From Heterodontus francisci (lineage: Eukaryota): a stretch of 64,000 nt of DNA. The stretch is taken from the NCBI RefSeq assembly GCF_036365525.1, contig NC_090376.1:94513105-94577104 (forward strand), written 5' to 3'. The notes below the pieces were generated by a model, which searched no databases, had not been told where the DNA came from, and worked only from the letters and a program-made list of their open reading frames with translations. Made by a program: the position numbers and the translations under genes. Below, piece by piece: positions 1 through 11,010 of the stretch. Numbering within the stretch: position 1 is the first letter of the stretch; the number at the start of each line of letters is the position of its first letter.

Positions 1-770
1 TTCGATACCTCAGCCAATAAAGGAAAGCATTCCATATGTCTTCTTCACCACTCTATCTACCTGTCTTGTCACCTTCAGGGACCTGTGGACATGCACTCCA
101 AGGTCTCTCACTTCTTCCACCCCTCTCACTATCCTCCTATTTATTGTGTATGCCCTTGCTTTGTTTGCCCTCCCCAAATGCATTACCTCACACTTCTCTG
201 GATTGAATTCCATTTTCCACTTTTCCGCCCACTCAGCCAAACCATTGATATCATTCTGGAGTCTACAGCTATCCTCTTCACTATCAAATACACGGCCAAT
301 TTTTGTGTCATAAGCAAATTTCCCAATCATGCCTCCCACATTTAAGTGCAAATCATTAATATATACAACATTGAAAGGTCCCAACACTGAGCCCTGTGGA
401 ACGCCACTTGAAACCACTTTCCATTCGCAAAAACATTCGTTGACTACTATCCTTTTCTTCCTGTCACTGAGCCAATTTTGGATCCAACCTGCCACATTCC
501 CCTGTATCCCATGGGCTTTCATTTTTCTCACAAATCTGCCATGCAGGACCCTGTCAAATGCCTTACTAAAATCCATACAGACAACATCCACTGCACGACC
601 CTCATCAATCCTCCTTGTTACCTCCTCAAAAAATTGAATGAAGTTTGTAAGACATGACCTTCACTTAACAAATCCATGCTGACTATCCCTGATTAATCCG
701 TGCCTTTCTAAGTAACAGCTTATCCTATCTCTCAGAATTGATTCTAATAATTTGCCCAACACCGACATCA
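1..770 (-). mobile_element. CR1/HER1-type LINE fragment (reverse transcriptase region), decayed
   Basis: ORF 10..591(-) has CR1 RT motifs DFSKAFD, SGVPQGSVLGP, KFAyDTK and MEFNPEKCEVMH. Confidence 0.9.
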
Positions 771-885
771 CCGAGGCAAGAAGTAATCTTAATGCAGTAT
801 ATAAAACAGTTAAAAGAATAGAAAAGATAAATCTGGAATATAATTTTAAATAAAATGGCTAGAGTCAGACTAATGGACACATACT

Positions 886-1125
886 ATAACAACAACTTAT
901 ATTTATATAGTGCCTTTAACGTCATAAAATGTCCCAAGGTGCATTACAGGAGCATTACAAAACAAAATATGAGACGCAGCCACAAAAGATGTTAAGTCAG
1001 ATGACCAAAAGCTTGGTCAAAGAAGTATCTTTTAAGGAGTGTCTTAAAGGAGGAAAGCGAGGCAGAGAGGTGCAAGGAGGTTATTCCAGAACTTGGGACC
1101 TAGGCAACTAAAGGCGTGGCCCAAT
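886..1125 (-). mobile_element. L2-clade LINE 3' end; continues at 6176-6745 after the CR1 insertion
   Basis: Reverse complement shows an L2-type tail (...AAAGGCACTATATAAATATAAGTTGTTGTT). The sequence breaks at 'ggcccaat' and resumes as 'aatggaggag' at about 6178. Confidence 0.7.
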
Positions 1126-2757
1126 CAGGGTATGATAGGAAGGGACAGAGAATACAAGCATAAGAGTACAGCAGAAATTAGAACCAGAGTAGATAAAAAT
1201 GGTAATAAGTCAAAGCTTAAGGCTCTTTATCTGAATGCACGTAGCATTTGTAACAAGATAGATGAACTGACGGCACAGATAGAAACAAATGAATATAATT
1301 TGACAGCGATCACAGAGACGTGGTTACAGTATGACCAGGACTGGAAACTCAATGTTCAAGGATATTCGATGTTCCGGAAGAATAGGCAGAAAGGAAAAGG
1401 AGGTGGGGTAGCTTTGTTATTGAAGGAAGGGATCAGTGCAGTTGTGTGTAATAATATAGGTGTAATAGATCGGGATGTAGAATCAGTTTGGGTGGAAATA
1501 AGGAATAGCAAGGGAAAGAAATCACCGGTGGGAATGGTCTATAGGCCCCCGAGGAGTTGCCTCTCTATAGGACAAAATATTAATCAGGAAATAATGGAGG
1601 TGTGTAAGAAGGGCACTACAATTATCATGGGTGATTTTAATCTGCATATAGATTTGACAAATCAAATTGGCAAGGGTAGCATGGAAGACGAATTTGTAGA
1701 GTGCATCAGGGATGGTTTCTTACAATACATTGCAGAACCTACCAGGGAACAAGCTATTTTAGATTTGGTAATGTGTAATGAGGTAGGATTAAAAAGAGAT
1801 CTCGTAGTTAAGGATCTTCTGGGGGAAGCAATCATAACATGGCAGAATTTCAAATTCAGTTTGAGGGTGAGCAACTCGGGTCTCAAACCAGTGTCTTCAA
1901 CTTAAACAAGGGCGATTACAGAGATCTGAAGAAAGAGTTGTCTGAAGCGGGCTGGGAAAATAGACTACAGGGAAAGTCAGTAGAGGAGCAGCTGCAGACT
2001 TTTAAGCAGATATTTCATAACACTCAGCAAACATTTATTCAGGTCAGAAGGAAGGACTTGATGAGAACAATGAACCACCCGTGGATAACAAAAGAAGTAA
2101 AGGAGAGTACCAAATCAAAAACAAAGGCATACAAATCAGCAAAAGCTAGTGGTGGGCCAGAGGATTGGGAATTTTTTGGAAACCAGCAGCGGATGACTAA
2201 AAAACTAATAAAGAGGGAGAAAATTGATTATGAGAGTAAATTGGCAAGAAATATAAAAACAAACAATAAGAGCTTCTATGGGAATATAAAAAGGAAGAGA
2301 GTAGCTAAAGTAACTCTGGGACCCTTAGGGATGAGACTGGGGAATTAATAACAGGGAGCAGGGAAATGGCAGATAATTTAAACCAATATTTTGCATCGGT
2401 CTTCACGGTGGACACTATAAACATCCCAACAATAATAGATGAGCAAGGTGTAAATGGGAGGAACTTGTAACAATCTCTATCATGAGGGGAAAGGTGCTGG
2501 ACAAACTGATGGGGCTAAAGGCAGACAAGTCGCCAGGACCAGATAGCCTGCATCCAAGGGTTTTAAAAGAAGTGGCTGCAGAGATAGTGGAGGCATTGGT
2601 CATAATATACCAAAACTCACTGGATTCCGGTAGGGTACCAGCAGATTGGAAAACCGCTAATGTGACACCCCTATTCAAGAAAGGAGGGAGACAGAAAGCA
2701 GGAAACGACAGACCAATTAGCTTAACATCTGTCATTGGGAAAATGCTAGCATCCATT

Positions 2758-3469
2758 CCTTTTCCTTTTTGGCCTCCTTGTCTCGAGAGACAATGGGTAA
2801 GCCCCTAGAGGTGGTCAGTGGTTTGTGCAGCATCGCCTGGAGTGGCTATAAAGGCCAATTCTAGAGTGACAGACTCTTCCACAGGCGCTGCAGGTGAAGT
2901 TGGTTGTTGGGGCTGTTATATAGTTGGCTCTCTCCTTACACTTCTGTCTTTTTTCCTGCCAACTGCTGAGTCTCTTCGACTCGCCTCTCTTCAGCCCCGC
3001 CTTTATAGCTGTCCGCCAGCTCCGGCAATTGCTGGCAACTGGCTCCCATGACTTGTGGTCAATGTTGCAGGTTTTCATGTCGCATTTGCAAATGTCTTTA
3101 AAGCGGAGACATTGACGGCCAGTGGGTCTGATACCAGTGATGAGCTCGCTGTACAATACGTCCTTGGGGATCCTGCCATCTTCCATGCGGCTCACATGGC
3201 CAAGCCATCTCAAGCGCTGCTGGCTCAGTAGGACGTACATGCTGGGGATGATGGCTGCCTGGAGGACTTCTGCGTTGGAGATACAGTCCTGCCACCTGAT
3301 GCCAAGGATTCTCCGGAGACAGCGAAGATGGAATGAGTTGAGACGTCGCTCTTGGCTGACATACATTGTCCAGGCCTCGCTGTCGTAGAGCAAGGTACTG
3401 AGGACACAGGCTTGAAACACTCAGACTTTTGTGTTCCGTGTCAGTGCGTCATTTTCCCACACCCTCTTG
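2758..3469 (-). mobile_element. RTE-clade LINE, 5'-truncated, inserted into CR1
   Basis: ORF 2815..3420(-) reads VLSTLLY.SEAW, RLRWLGHVSRMEDGRIPK and a C-terminal CSACGRVCHSRIGLYSH zinc finger. Host CR1 'gaaaatgctag...tcattattaagg' is split, with an imperfect duplication (ctagcatccatt / ctagagtcatt). Confidence 0.9.
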
Positions 3470-3597
3470 TCTAGAGTCATTATTAAGGAGGAAATAGCAG
3501 GACATTTAGAAAAACATAATGCAATCAAACAGAGTCAACATGATTTTATGAAAGGGAAATCATGTTTGACAAATTTGTTAGAGCTCTTTGAGGATGT

Positions 3598-4615
3598 TGA
3601 TGGCAAATGTTCATCCTGGAGTTTAGTTACTAGTGGTGTACCGCAAGGTTCTGTTTTGGGGCCACAGCTGTTTGTCATTTTTATAAACGACCTGGATGAG
3701 GGTGTAGAAGGGTGGGTTAGTAAATTTGCGGATGACACGAAGGTCGGTGGAGTTGTGGATAGTGTCGAAGGGTGTTGTAGGGTACAGAGGGACATAGATA
3801 GGCTGCAGAGCTGGGCTGAGAGATGGCAAATGGAGTTTAATGCGGAGAAGTGTGAGGTGATTCACTTTGGAAGGAGTAACAGCAATGCAGAGTACTGGGC
3901 TAATGGGAAGATTCTTGGTAGTGTAGATGAGCAGAGAGATCTTGGTATCCAGGTACATAAATCCCTGAAAGTTGCTACCCAGGTTAATAGGGCTGTTAAG
4001 AAGGCATATGGTGTGTTAGCTTTTATTAGTAGGGGGATCGAGTTTCGGAGCCACGAGGTCATGATGTAGCTGTACAAAACTCTGGTGAGGCCGCACCTTG
4101 AGTATTGCGTGCAGTTCTGGTCACCGCATTATAGGAAGGATGTGGAAGCTTTGGAAAGGGTGCAGAGGAGATTTACTAGGATGTTGCCTGGTATGGAAGG
4201 AAGGTCTTACGAGGAAAGGCTGAGGGACTTGGGGTTGTTTTCGTTAGAGAGAAGGAGGAGGAGAGGTGACTTAATAGAGACATACAAGATAATCAGAGGG
4301 TTAGATAGGGTGGATAGTGAGAGTCTTTTTCCTCGGATGAGGATGGCAAACACGAGGGGACATAGCTTTAAGTTGAGGGGTGAAAGATATAGGACAGATG
4401 TCAGAGGTAGTTTCTTTACGCAGAGAGTAGTAGGGGCGTGGAACGCCCTGCCTGCAACAGTAGTAGACTCGCCAATTTTAAGGGCATTTAAGTGGTCATT
4501 GGATAGACATATGGATGTAAATGGAATAGTGTAGGTCAGATGATCGGCGCAACATCGAGGGCCGAAGGGCCTGTACTGCGCTGTAATATTCTAATTCTAA
4601 TTCTAATTCTAATTC
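3598..4615 (+). mobile_element. Younger 5'-truncated CR1/HER1 LINE with (TTCTAA)n tail, nested in the older CR1
   Basis: Nearly intact RT C-terminus (SGVPQGSVLGP, KFADDTK, RPHLEYCVQFWSP) and a TTCTAA repeat at 4589-4615. The host CR1 is interrupted at 'gaggatgt|' and resumes '|aacaagcagagtggataaa' at about 4961. Confidence 0.85.
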
Positions 4616-4617
4616 AA

Positions 4618-4960
4618 GGGCGGCACAGTGGCGCAGTGGTTAGCACCGCAGCCTCACGGCTCCAGCGACCCGGGTTCAGTTCTGGGTACTGCCTGTGTGG
4701 AGTTTGTAAGTTCTCCCTGTGACTGCGTGGGTTTCCGCTGGGTGCTCCGGTTTCCTCCCACAGCCAAAGACTTGCAGGCTGATAGGTAAATTGGCCATTG
4801 TAAATTACCCCTAGTGTAGGTAGGTGGTAGGAGAATGGTGGGGATGTGGTAGAGAATATGGGGTTCATGTAGAATTAGTATAAATGGGTGGTTGTTGGTT
4901 GGCACAGCCTCGGTGGGCCGAAGGGCCTGTTTTAGTGCTGTATCTCTAAATATAAAAAAA
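4618..4960 (+). mobile_element. HE1-type V-SINE, full length
   Basis: tRNA-derived head (A box TGGCGCAGTGG, B-box-like GGGTTCAGTTC), V-SINE core TGCGTGGGTTTCC...GGTGCTCCGGTTTCCTCCCAC, a CR1-like tail GGGCCGAAGGGCCTGT shared with the adjacent LINE end, and an A-rich end. Confidence 0.9.
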
Positions 4961-6175
4961 AACAAGCAGAGTGGATAAAGGGGAACTGGTAGATGCAGTG
5001 TATTTGGATTTTCAGAAGGCATTTGATAAGGTGCCACATAAAAGGTTATTGCACAAAATAAGAGCTCGGGGTAATGTGTTGGCATGGATTGAAGATTAGC
5101 TAACAAAGAGAAGGTAGAGGGTTGGGATCAATGGGTCTTTTTCAGGTTGGAAAGCCGTTAACTAGTGGGGTGCCACAAAGATCGGTCCTAGGGCCTCAAC
5201 TATTTACTATCTATATCAATGCCTTGGAGGAAGTGACAGAGTGTAACATATCCAAATTTGCTGACGATACAAAAATAGGTGGGAAGGCAGGTTGTGATGA
5301 GGACACAAAGAATCTGCAAAGGGATATAGATAGGTTAAGTGAGGGGCAAAAACTTGGCAGATGGTGTTCAATGTGGGAAAGTGTGAGGTCATCCACTTTG
5401 GTAGGAAGAATAAAAAGGCTGATTGTTATTTAGATGGAGAAAGACTACAAAATACTGCAGTACAGAGGGATCTGGGTGTTCTTGTACATGAAACACACAT
5501 GCAGGTGCAGCAAATAATTAGGAAGCAAATGGAATTTTGGCCTTTACTGCTAGGGGGTGAGAGTTTAAAAATAGGGAAGTCTTGTTACAATTGTACAGGG
5601 TGTTGGTGAGGCCACACCTGCAGTACTGCGTACAATTTTGGTCCCCGTATTTAAGGAAGGATATACTAGCATTGGAGGCAGTTCAGAAAAGGTTCAATAG
5701 GCTGATTCCTGGGATGAAGGGGTTATCTTATCAAGAATGACTAACAGGTTAAGTCTTTATCCATTGGAGTTTAGAAGAATGAGAAGTGATCTTATTGAAA
5801 CATATAAAATTTTAAGGGGGCCTGACAAGGTAGATGTTGAGAATATGTTTCCACTGGTGGGGGAATCTCGAACTAAGGGACATAGTTACAGAATAAGGGG
5901 CACACCTTTAAAACTGAGATGCGAAGGAATTTCTTCTCTCAGAGGGTGGTGAATCTCTGGAATTCCCAACCTCAGAGAGTTGTGGAGCCTAGGTCACTAA
6001 ATGTATTTCAGGAGGAGTTAGATAGATTTTTGAAATCTCGGGGAGTCGAGGGGTATGTGGAGCAGGCCCGAAAGAGGAGTTGAGGACTGGGACAGATCAG
6101 CCATGATCTTATTGAATGGTGGGGCAGGCTTGAGGGACTGAATGGCCTACTCCTGCTCCTATTTTTTATGTTCTT

Positions 6176-6745
6176 GTAATGGAGGAGTGCTTAAAATCAG
6201 GGATGCACAAGAGGCTAGAATTAGAGGAGTGCCAATATCTTGGAGGGTTGTGGAGCTGGAGGAGATTACCAAGATAGGGAGGGCAAAGCCATGGAGGGAT
6301 TTGAAAGCAAGCTTGACCTGGGCCAATGTTGGTCAACGAGCACAGGGGTGATAGGGGAATGGGACTTGGTGCGAATTAAGACACAGGCAGCAGAGTTTTG
6401 GATGACCTCAAGTTTACGAAGAGTAGAATGTGTGAGACCAGCCAGGAGTGCATTGGAATATTCAAGTCTAGAGATAACGAAGGCATGAATGAGGGTTCCA
6501 GCAGCAGATGAGCTGAGACAGGGGCAAAGTCGGACGATATTACAGAGGTGGAAATAGGCGGTCTTAGTGATGGCACGAATATAAGGTCGGAAGCTCAACT
6601 CAGAGCCAAATGTGACACCAAGGTTGTGAACAGACTGGCTTAAACTCAGACTGTTACCAGGGAGAAGGAAGGAGTCGGTAGCAAAGGAATGGAGTTTGGA
6701 GCTGGGACTGAAAGCAATGGCTTCAGTCTTCCCAATATTTAATTG
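6176..6745 (-). mobile_element. L2-clade LINE fragment (RT C-terminus)
   Basis: ORF 6266..6598(-) reads AYFHLCNI...LIHAFVISRLEYSNALLAG...IQNSAACVL...SPITPVL, typical of L2. Confidence 0.85.
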
Positions 6746-6916
6746 GAATTTATATTTAAACTAGTACATTTAGCACTGATATCAGGAAATTATTTGCATA
6801 AAATGGGCAACACATGGAATAGACTTCCTGGTAGGGTTGTAGAGGTGAAAACCCTGGAATCTTTGAAAAAACAATTGGATACCGAAATTGAAAAACTTTA
6901 TGAGTTTTTCATCTCT

Positions 6917-8450
6917 TTATTCGTTTGGATGTGGGCGTCGCAGGCTAGGCCAGCATTTATTGCCCATCCCTAATTGCCCTTGAGATGGTGGTAGTGAGCT
7001 GCCTTCTTGAACCGCTGCAGTCATTGGGATATAGCTGCACAATAGTACTATTAGGAAGCGAGTTCCAGGATTTTGATCCATCGACAGTGAAGGAACAGCG
7101 ATATAGTTCCAAGTTAAGATGGTGGACTGGATTTTACCAAGCGCATGATGTCTGGCTCCATGGTGAAGGGGCCTGGAAGGTGGTTGTGGCAGAGGCCCAA
7201 CACAGAGCTTGGTGCCAGGAGGGCCTGGCCTGATCCTCCAGGCGGTGGTGAGGCTCAGTGGCGGCCCCCGCGCTACTGGGCAACACGACCTCAATTTCAA
7301 TATTTAAATTAATGAGATGAATACATTTAAATGAACTTACCTTGAATCTTCTGGGCCCGCCACGATCCTCAGTGCAGCAGCCAGCACTCCTGCGCCTTCA
7401 ATTCCCCGTCTGGGGAAAGCAAGCGTGACACTGCTAGGGAGGGGAGAGGAGTTAAGATTTCCATTGCGAAGGCTGGGGGAGGGGGGGGGAAACGGGGTAA
7501 AATAAACGTAACGAGTGTAGGGGATGGTGGAAGGGGTGCACTTTAAATTTTGTGCAGTCTGGGGGGGTGGGGGGAATGTCAGATTTTGGGGGGGGAAGGC
7601 AAATAGTTAATGTAATTGTCAATGGGGAGTGGGAAAGGGGCGTTAGAATTTTATTTGATTAAGGTTGGGGGCGTGGGTGTATCTTAAAAAATGTAAATTT
7701 GCCTGCAGGGCTGGCTGCCCTATAAAAATGGCGCCAACGCCTACACATGGGCAGCTGACGCCATTGCTCGCGTCGGACAGCCCACCCCCTCCACATGATT
7801 GGGGGAGGGGAGGGCCACCCGGGCTATATAAATGAGCTGTCGCATGGGAGATTGCGGCGGCATTTTGGCGTGAGACTCGCGGGAGCGACGGCGGGCTCTT
7901 AAAATCCAGCCTGATGTGTGACTTGGAGGGGTACTTGCAGGTGGTGGTGTTCCCATGCATCTGCTACGCTTGTCCTTCCAGCTGGTAGAGGGTCCGGGTT
8001 TGGAAAGTGCTGTCGAAGGAGCCTTGGTGAGTTGCTACAGTGCATCTTGTAGATGACACACACTCCTGCCACTATGCATCGGTGGTGGATGGGGCGCCAA
8101 TCAATTGGGCTGCTTTGTCCTGGATGGTGTCGAGCTTCTTGAGTGTTGTTGGAGCTGCACCCATCCAGGCAAGTGGAGAGTATTCCATCACACTCTTAAC
8201 TTCTGCCTTGTAGATGGTGAACAGGCATTGGGATGAATTACTCGCTGCAGAATTCCTAGCCTCTGACCTGCTCTCGTAGCTACAGTATTTATGTGGCTGG
8301 TTTAGTTCAGCTTCTGGTCAATGGTAACTCCCAGGATGTTGATAGTGGGGGAATTCAGCGATAGTAATGCCATTGAACATCAAGGGGAGATGGTTAGATT
8401 CTCTCTTGTTTGAAATGGTCATTGTCTGGCAGTTGTGTGATGCAAATGTT
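6917..8450 (-). mobile_element. CR1-clade (Zenon/T1-like) LINE 3' portion, split by a MITE at 7124-7911
   Basis: The 3' end 'GGCAGCTCACtACCAtCTCAAGGGCAATTAGGGATGGGCAATAAATGCTGGCC' recurs at 16525-16580(+). Region 8100-8350 matches the RT C-terminus seen in ORF 15611..16006. Confidence 0.7.
7124..7911. mobile_element. Non-autonomous PIF/Harbinger-like MITE
   Basis: Terminal inverted repeats GGACTGGATTTTA ... TAAAATCCAGCC and a GC-rich non-coding interior. It interrupts the LINE. Confidence 0.7.
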
Positions 8451-8685
8451 TAAAATGATGGGTCTATGACCATCCTCTTCTATAAATATCTTGTGATGTT
8501 ATATCACTTTTGTCAGCGAACACTTCAACAAATTATTTTCAAATGTAGTGACTTTTATTATGTAGGCATTGTCAGCAGCTATTTTGCTCAAAAGATTCCA
8601 TAAACCATACTGAAATGAATGACTAGTTAATTTGTTTTGGTGATAGTGATTGAAGGAGGAATGTTCGACAGGATATTATGAGAAT

Positions 8686-8880
8686 TATAAATGCTGGAAT
8701 TATTCAGCAGTTCAGGCAGTGAGAAACAGCTAACATTTCAGGTATGATTTTTCTTCAGAACTGGAAGAAGTTAGTGCTTTAAATTAGTTTATAAACGAGT
8801 ACAGAGTCAGGGAAAGAGGGTGGTGAGGAAGAGATGAGAAGGAATGGGCAAAAAGTAAGGTCTATGATAGGTGAAGTGCA
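8686..8880 (-). mobile_element. Penelope-like element terminal (pLTR) fragment with a decayed hammerhead motif
   Basis: Same family as 22383-22490 and 54645-54810. The minus strand reads CAGTT-CTGAAGA-aaaatcatacct-GAAA-TGTTAGCTG. Confidence 0.55.
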
Positions 8881-8909
8881 GAGCTTTGATTTGATTTGTT
8901 GGTTGTGGG

Positions 8910-9530
8910 ATTGCTTAGCTTGCCGAGCCACTCTTGGGGATGGACATTGAAGTCTCCTACCCGGAGTACATTCTCTTCCCTTGCTACCCTCAGTGCTTCT
9001 TCCATGCGATGTTCAACATGAGGGAGGGTGGTAAGTGGTAATAAGCAAGAGGTTTCCTTGCCGATGTTTGACCTGATGCCATGAGACTTCATGGGGTCCA
9101 GGGTCAATGTTGAGAACTCCCAGTGCCACTTTCCCCTGACTGTATGTCACTGTGCTGTCGCCACCTCTGGTGGGTCTGTCCAGCCAGTGGGGCAGGACAT
9201 ACCTCGGGATGATAATGAAGGAATCTGGGACGTTGGCTAAAAGGTATCATTCTGAGAGTACGACTATGTCAGACTGTTGCTTGACTAGTTAGTGGGGCAG
9301 TTCTTCCAATTTTAGCACAAGTCCCCAGATATTAGTGAGGAAAACTTTGTAGGGTCAATGGGGCAGGATGTGCCTTGATCATATTTGGTGCCTAGGTTGA
9401 TGCTGGGTAGTCCATCCGGTTTTATTCTTATTAGACTTATTATCCTTATTGGACTTTTCTGTAGCAGTTTGGATACAACTGAGTGGCTTGCTAGGCCATT
9501 TCAGAGGGCAGTTGAGAGTCAACCACTTTG
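8910..9530 (-). mobile_element. Zenon/T1-like CR1-clade LINE 5' part (APE endonuclease), decayed
   Basis: ORF 8862..9107(-) contains NVLRVGDFNVHPQEWLG. PGYVL..DRPTRGG and PDIVVLSE-like motifs lie upstream on the minus strand. Confidence 0.7.
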
Positions 9531-9599
9531 CGTTTGGTCTCCCCAGTGTAGAGGAGGCTGCATTGTGAACAGCAAATACAACATACTAAATTGAAAAAA

Positions 9600-9972
9600 A
9601 AGGAAAAAACTTCGAATTATAGCACATTTCATGACCAATTTGCAGCCAATTAAATACTTTTGAAGTATAGTCACTGTTTGTAGTGCAGGAAACACGGCAG
9701 CCAACTTGCACACAGCAAGTTCCTACACAAACAGCAATGCTATAATGATCAGATATCTGTTTTTGTGATGTTGATTGAGGGATAAATATTAGCCAGGACA
9801 CCAGGGATAACTCCCGTGCTCTTCTTTGAAATAGTACATGGGATTTTTTACATCCACCTAAGAGGGCAGCTGGGGCTTCGGTTTGTCTCATCGGAAAGGC
9901 AGCATCTCCCACAGTGCAGCACTCTCAGTACTGTAATGGAGTGTGAGCTTTGATTTTTGTGCTTAAGTCCTA
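9600..9972 (-). mobile_element. Deu-domain SINE (SacSINE1-like)
   Basis: The minus strand contains GTGGATGTAAAAAATCCCATGtACTATTTCAAAGAAGAGC...CCCTGGTGTCCTGGCTAATATT followed by an L2-like tail. A related copy lies at 53030-53445. Confidence 0.75.
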
Positions 9973-9974
9973 AG

Positions 9975-10270
9975 TCGAAGTAAATCTGTTTCACAGAGGA
10001 GCAGTGTCTGGAGCCCTGGAAGGTGAAACGAGGTGAGGTGAAAAAGGTGTTGCAACTCCGTGGAAGGTGCGGTGGGAAGGGACCATCCACTCCATCACAG
10101 ACCTTCCCTTTTGTTCTTTCCTTCCCCCCTCCTACCTGCTTCTGGCCAAAGCCACCGTCCTGAAGTATTAACTCTATTTTTCTCTCCACAGATGCTGCCA
10201 GACCTGAGTTTCCAGCATTTTCTGTTTTTATTTCTGATTTCCAGTATCCGCAGTATCGTGCTTTTGTTTT
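9975..10270. mobile_element. Penelope-like element relic: GIY-YIG linker fragment (-) fused to an inverted terminal fragment (+)
   Basis: The minus frame GPFPPHLPRSCNTFFTS..FQGSRH.SSVKQ resembles the PLE Cys-rich linker before the GIY-YIG domain. The plus-strand 'ctctccacagatgctgccagacctgag...ccagcattttctg' is the pLTR tail. Confidence 0.6.
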
Positions 10271-10489
10271 ATTATGAGGACTCTCTGCTCTTCATGCAAC
10301 TACTCTGATCTTTAAACTGCAGTTAGGGTATGAAGCATATTGTTTAATGAAGAAAGATGAAAGTCAGGACTTTAGATTTCTAACGTATCGTTTTCAGTCA
10401 ACTGAAACAATTGAAAATATGTTCAATTTTTGCATGAATTCGACCGTTTCTAGCCATCCTTCCAGCAGATTCTTTAAGTAAGCACGATG

Positions 10490-11010
10490 GGAGATAATAA
10501 ATGGCTCTATTCTCGCCGCGTAGCATCTGGGAGTTGTAGTCCTACACCTGAGAGAGACTCTGCAGTCCTGGGCCAGAACAACTGCAGCTTCCGAAATGCA
10601 AAGCGTTCCTTTGCCAAATCTGCCTCCGCCTTCTCCCCGCCCATGCCCACACTGGCCCATCTCCTGGCGGGTGGCCCGGGCTCGGTGTGTCGGACAGAGC
10701 GGGGTTGTGCTGTGCGCGAGCTGATTTTGAAAATACCGGCGGTTAGTGAGAGGGGGCGGCGGTGGAGCGAGCCAGGCGCGTGGTGAGCCGACGAGCGGCG
10801 GGTGTTGGGCGGGGCTGAGCCGGGGGAGGAGGGGGCGGCAGTGGCGGCTCTACCTCTTTGTGTGTTATTGTGATGGACTGCGACTCTCGTTTCGCTGAAT
10901 GGGCTGCTGTAGTTCAGAGTCCGCAGTGAAAGCGCGGGGTGGGGGTACGTAGCGGGAGACAGCAGTCGCCCCACCGACCCGTGTAAAAGCCGCCTTGGTG
11001 GCAGAAAGGG
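10490..11010 (+). promoter_or_regulatory. CpG-island promoter and probable non-coding first exon (candidate donor GTG|GTGAGC at 10783) of the NEXMIF-like gene
   Basis: The only non-repeat CpG-dense, GC-rich block in the window. It has GC boxes (CCCCGCCC, GGGGGCGG, GGGCGGGG) and is followed by AT-rich intron-like DNA. The link to the downstream gene is inferred. Confidence 0.65.
10522..10542 (-). promoter_or_regulatory. ZNF143(Staf)/THAP11-type SBS motif
   Basis: The minus strand GGACTACAACTCCCAGATGCT matches the ACTACAnnTCCCA core. A weaker, oppositely oriented copy ACTGCAGCTTCCGAAATGC lies at 10581-10599. Confidence 0.75.

Larger units (their letters stand above)
1126..6175 (+). mobile_element. 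5'-truncated CR1 LINE (ORF2: APE endonuclease + RT + 3'UTR), frameshifted, hosting three nested insertions
   Basis: Endonuclease motifs LYLNARSI, AITETWL, GGGVAL, MGDFN and ILDLV in ORF 1093..1905. Linker and RT pieces in ORFs 1839.., 2482.., 5122.., 5361.. and 5737... The CR1 3' tail 'gaatggcctactcctgctcctatttt...atgttctt' ends at about 6175. Confidence 0.9.

Noticed and set aside
4618-4690. tRNA-like sequence with A and B boxes (also at 13.9, 39.4, 53.0, 56.5 and 57.5 kb)
   Set aside because: These are SINE heads. They run straight into V-SINE, Deu or other repeat bodies and do not form a complete cloverleaf.
1093-6175. Potentially active, autonomous CR1
   Set aside because: ORF2 is broken by several frameshifts and nested insertions, and ORF1 and the 5' UTR are missing.
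7460-7640. G-rich tracts with G-quadruplex potential (also C-rich tracts at about 19920-19960 and 20955-20985)
   Set aside because: Simple homopolymer expansions inside repeats, with nothing pointing to function.
10394-10974. Overlapping ORFs of 88-155 aa in the CpG island
   Set aside because: Expected from stop-codon scarcity in GC-rich DNA, with no recognisable protein motifs.
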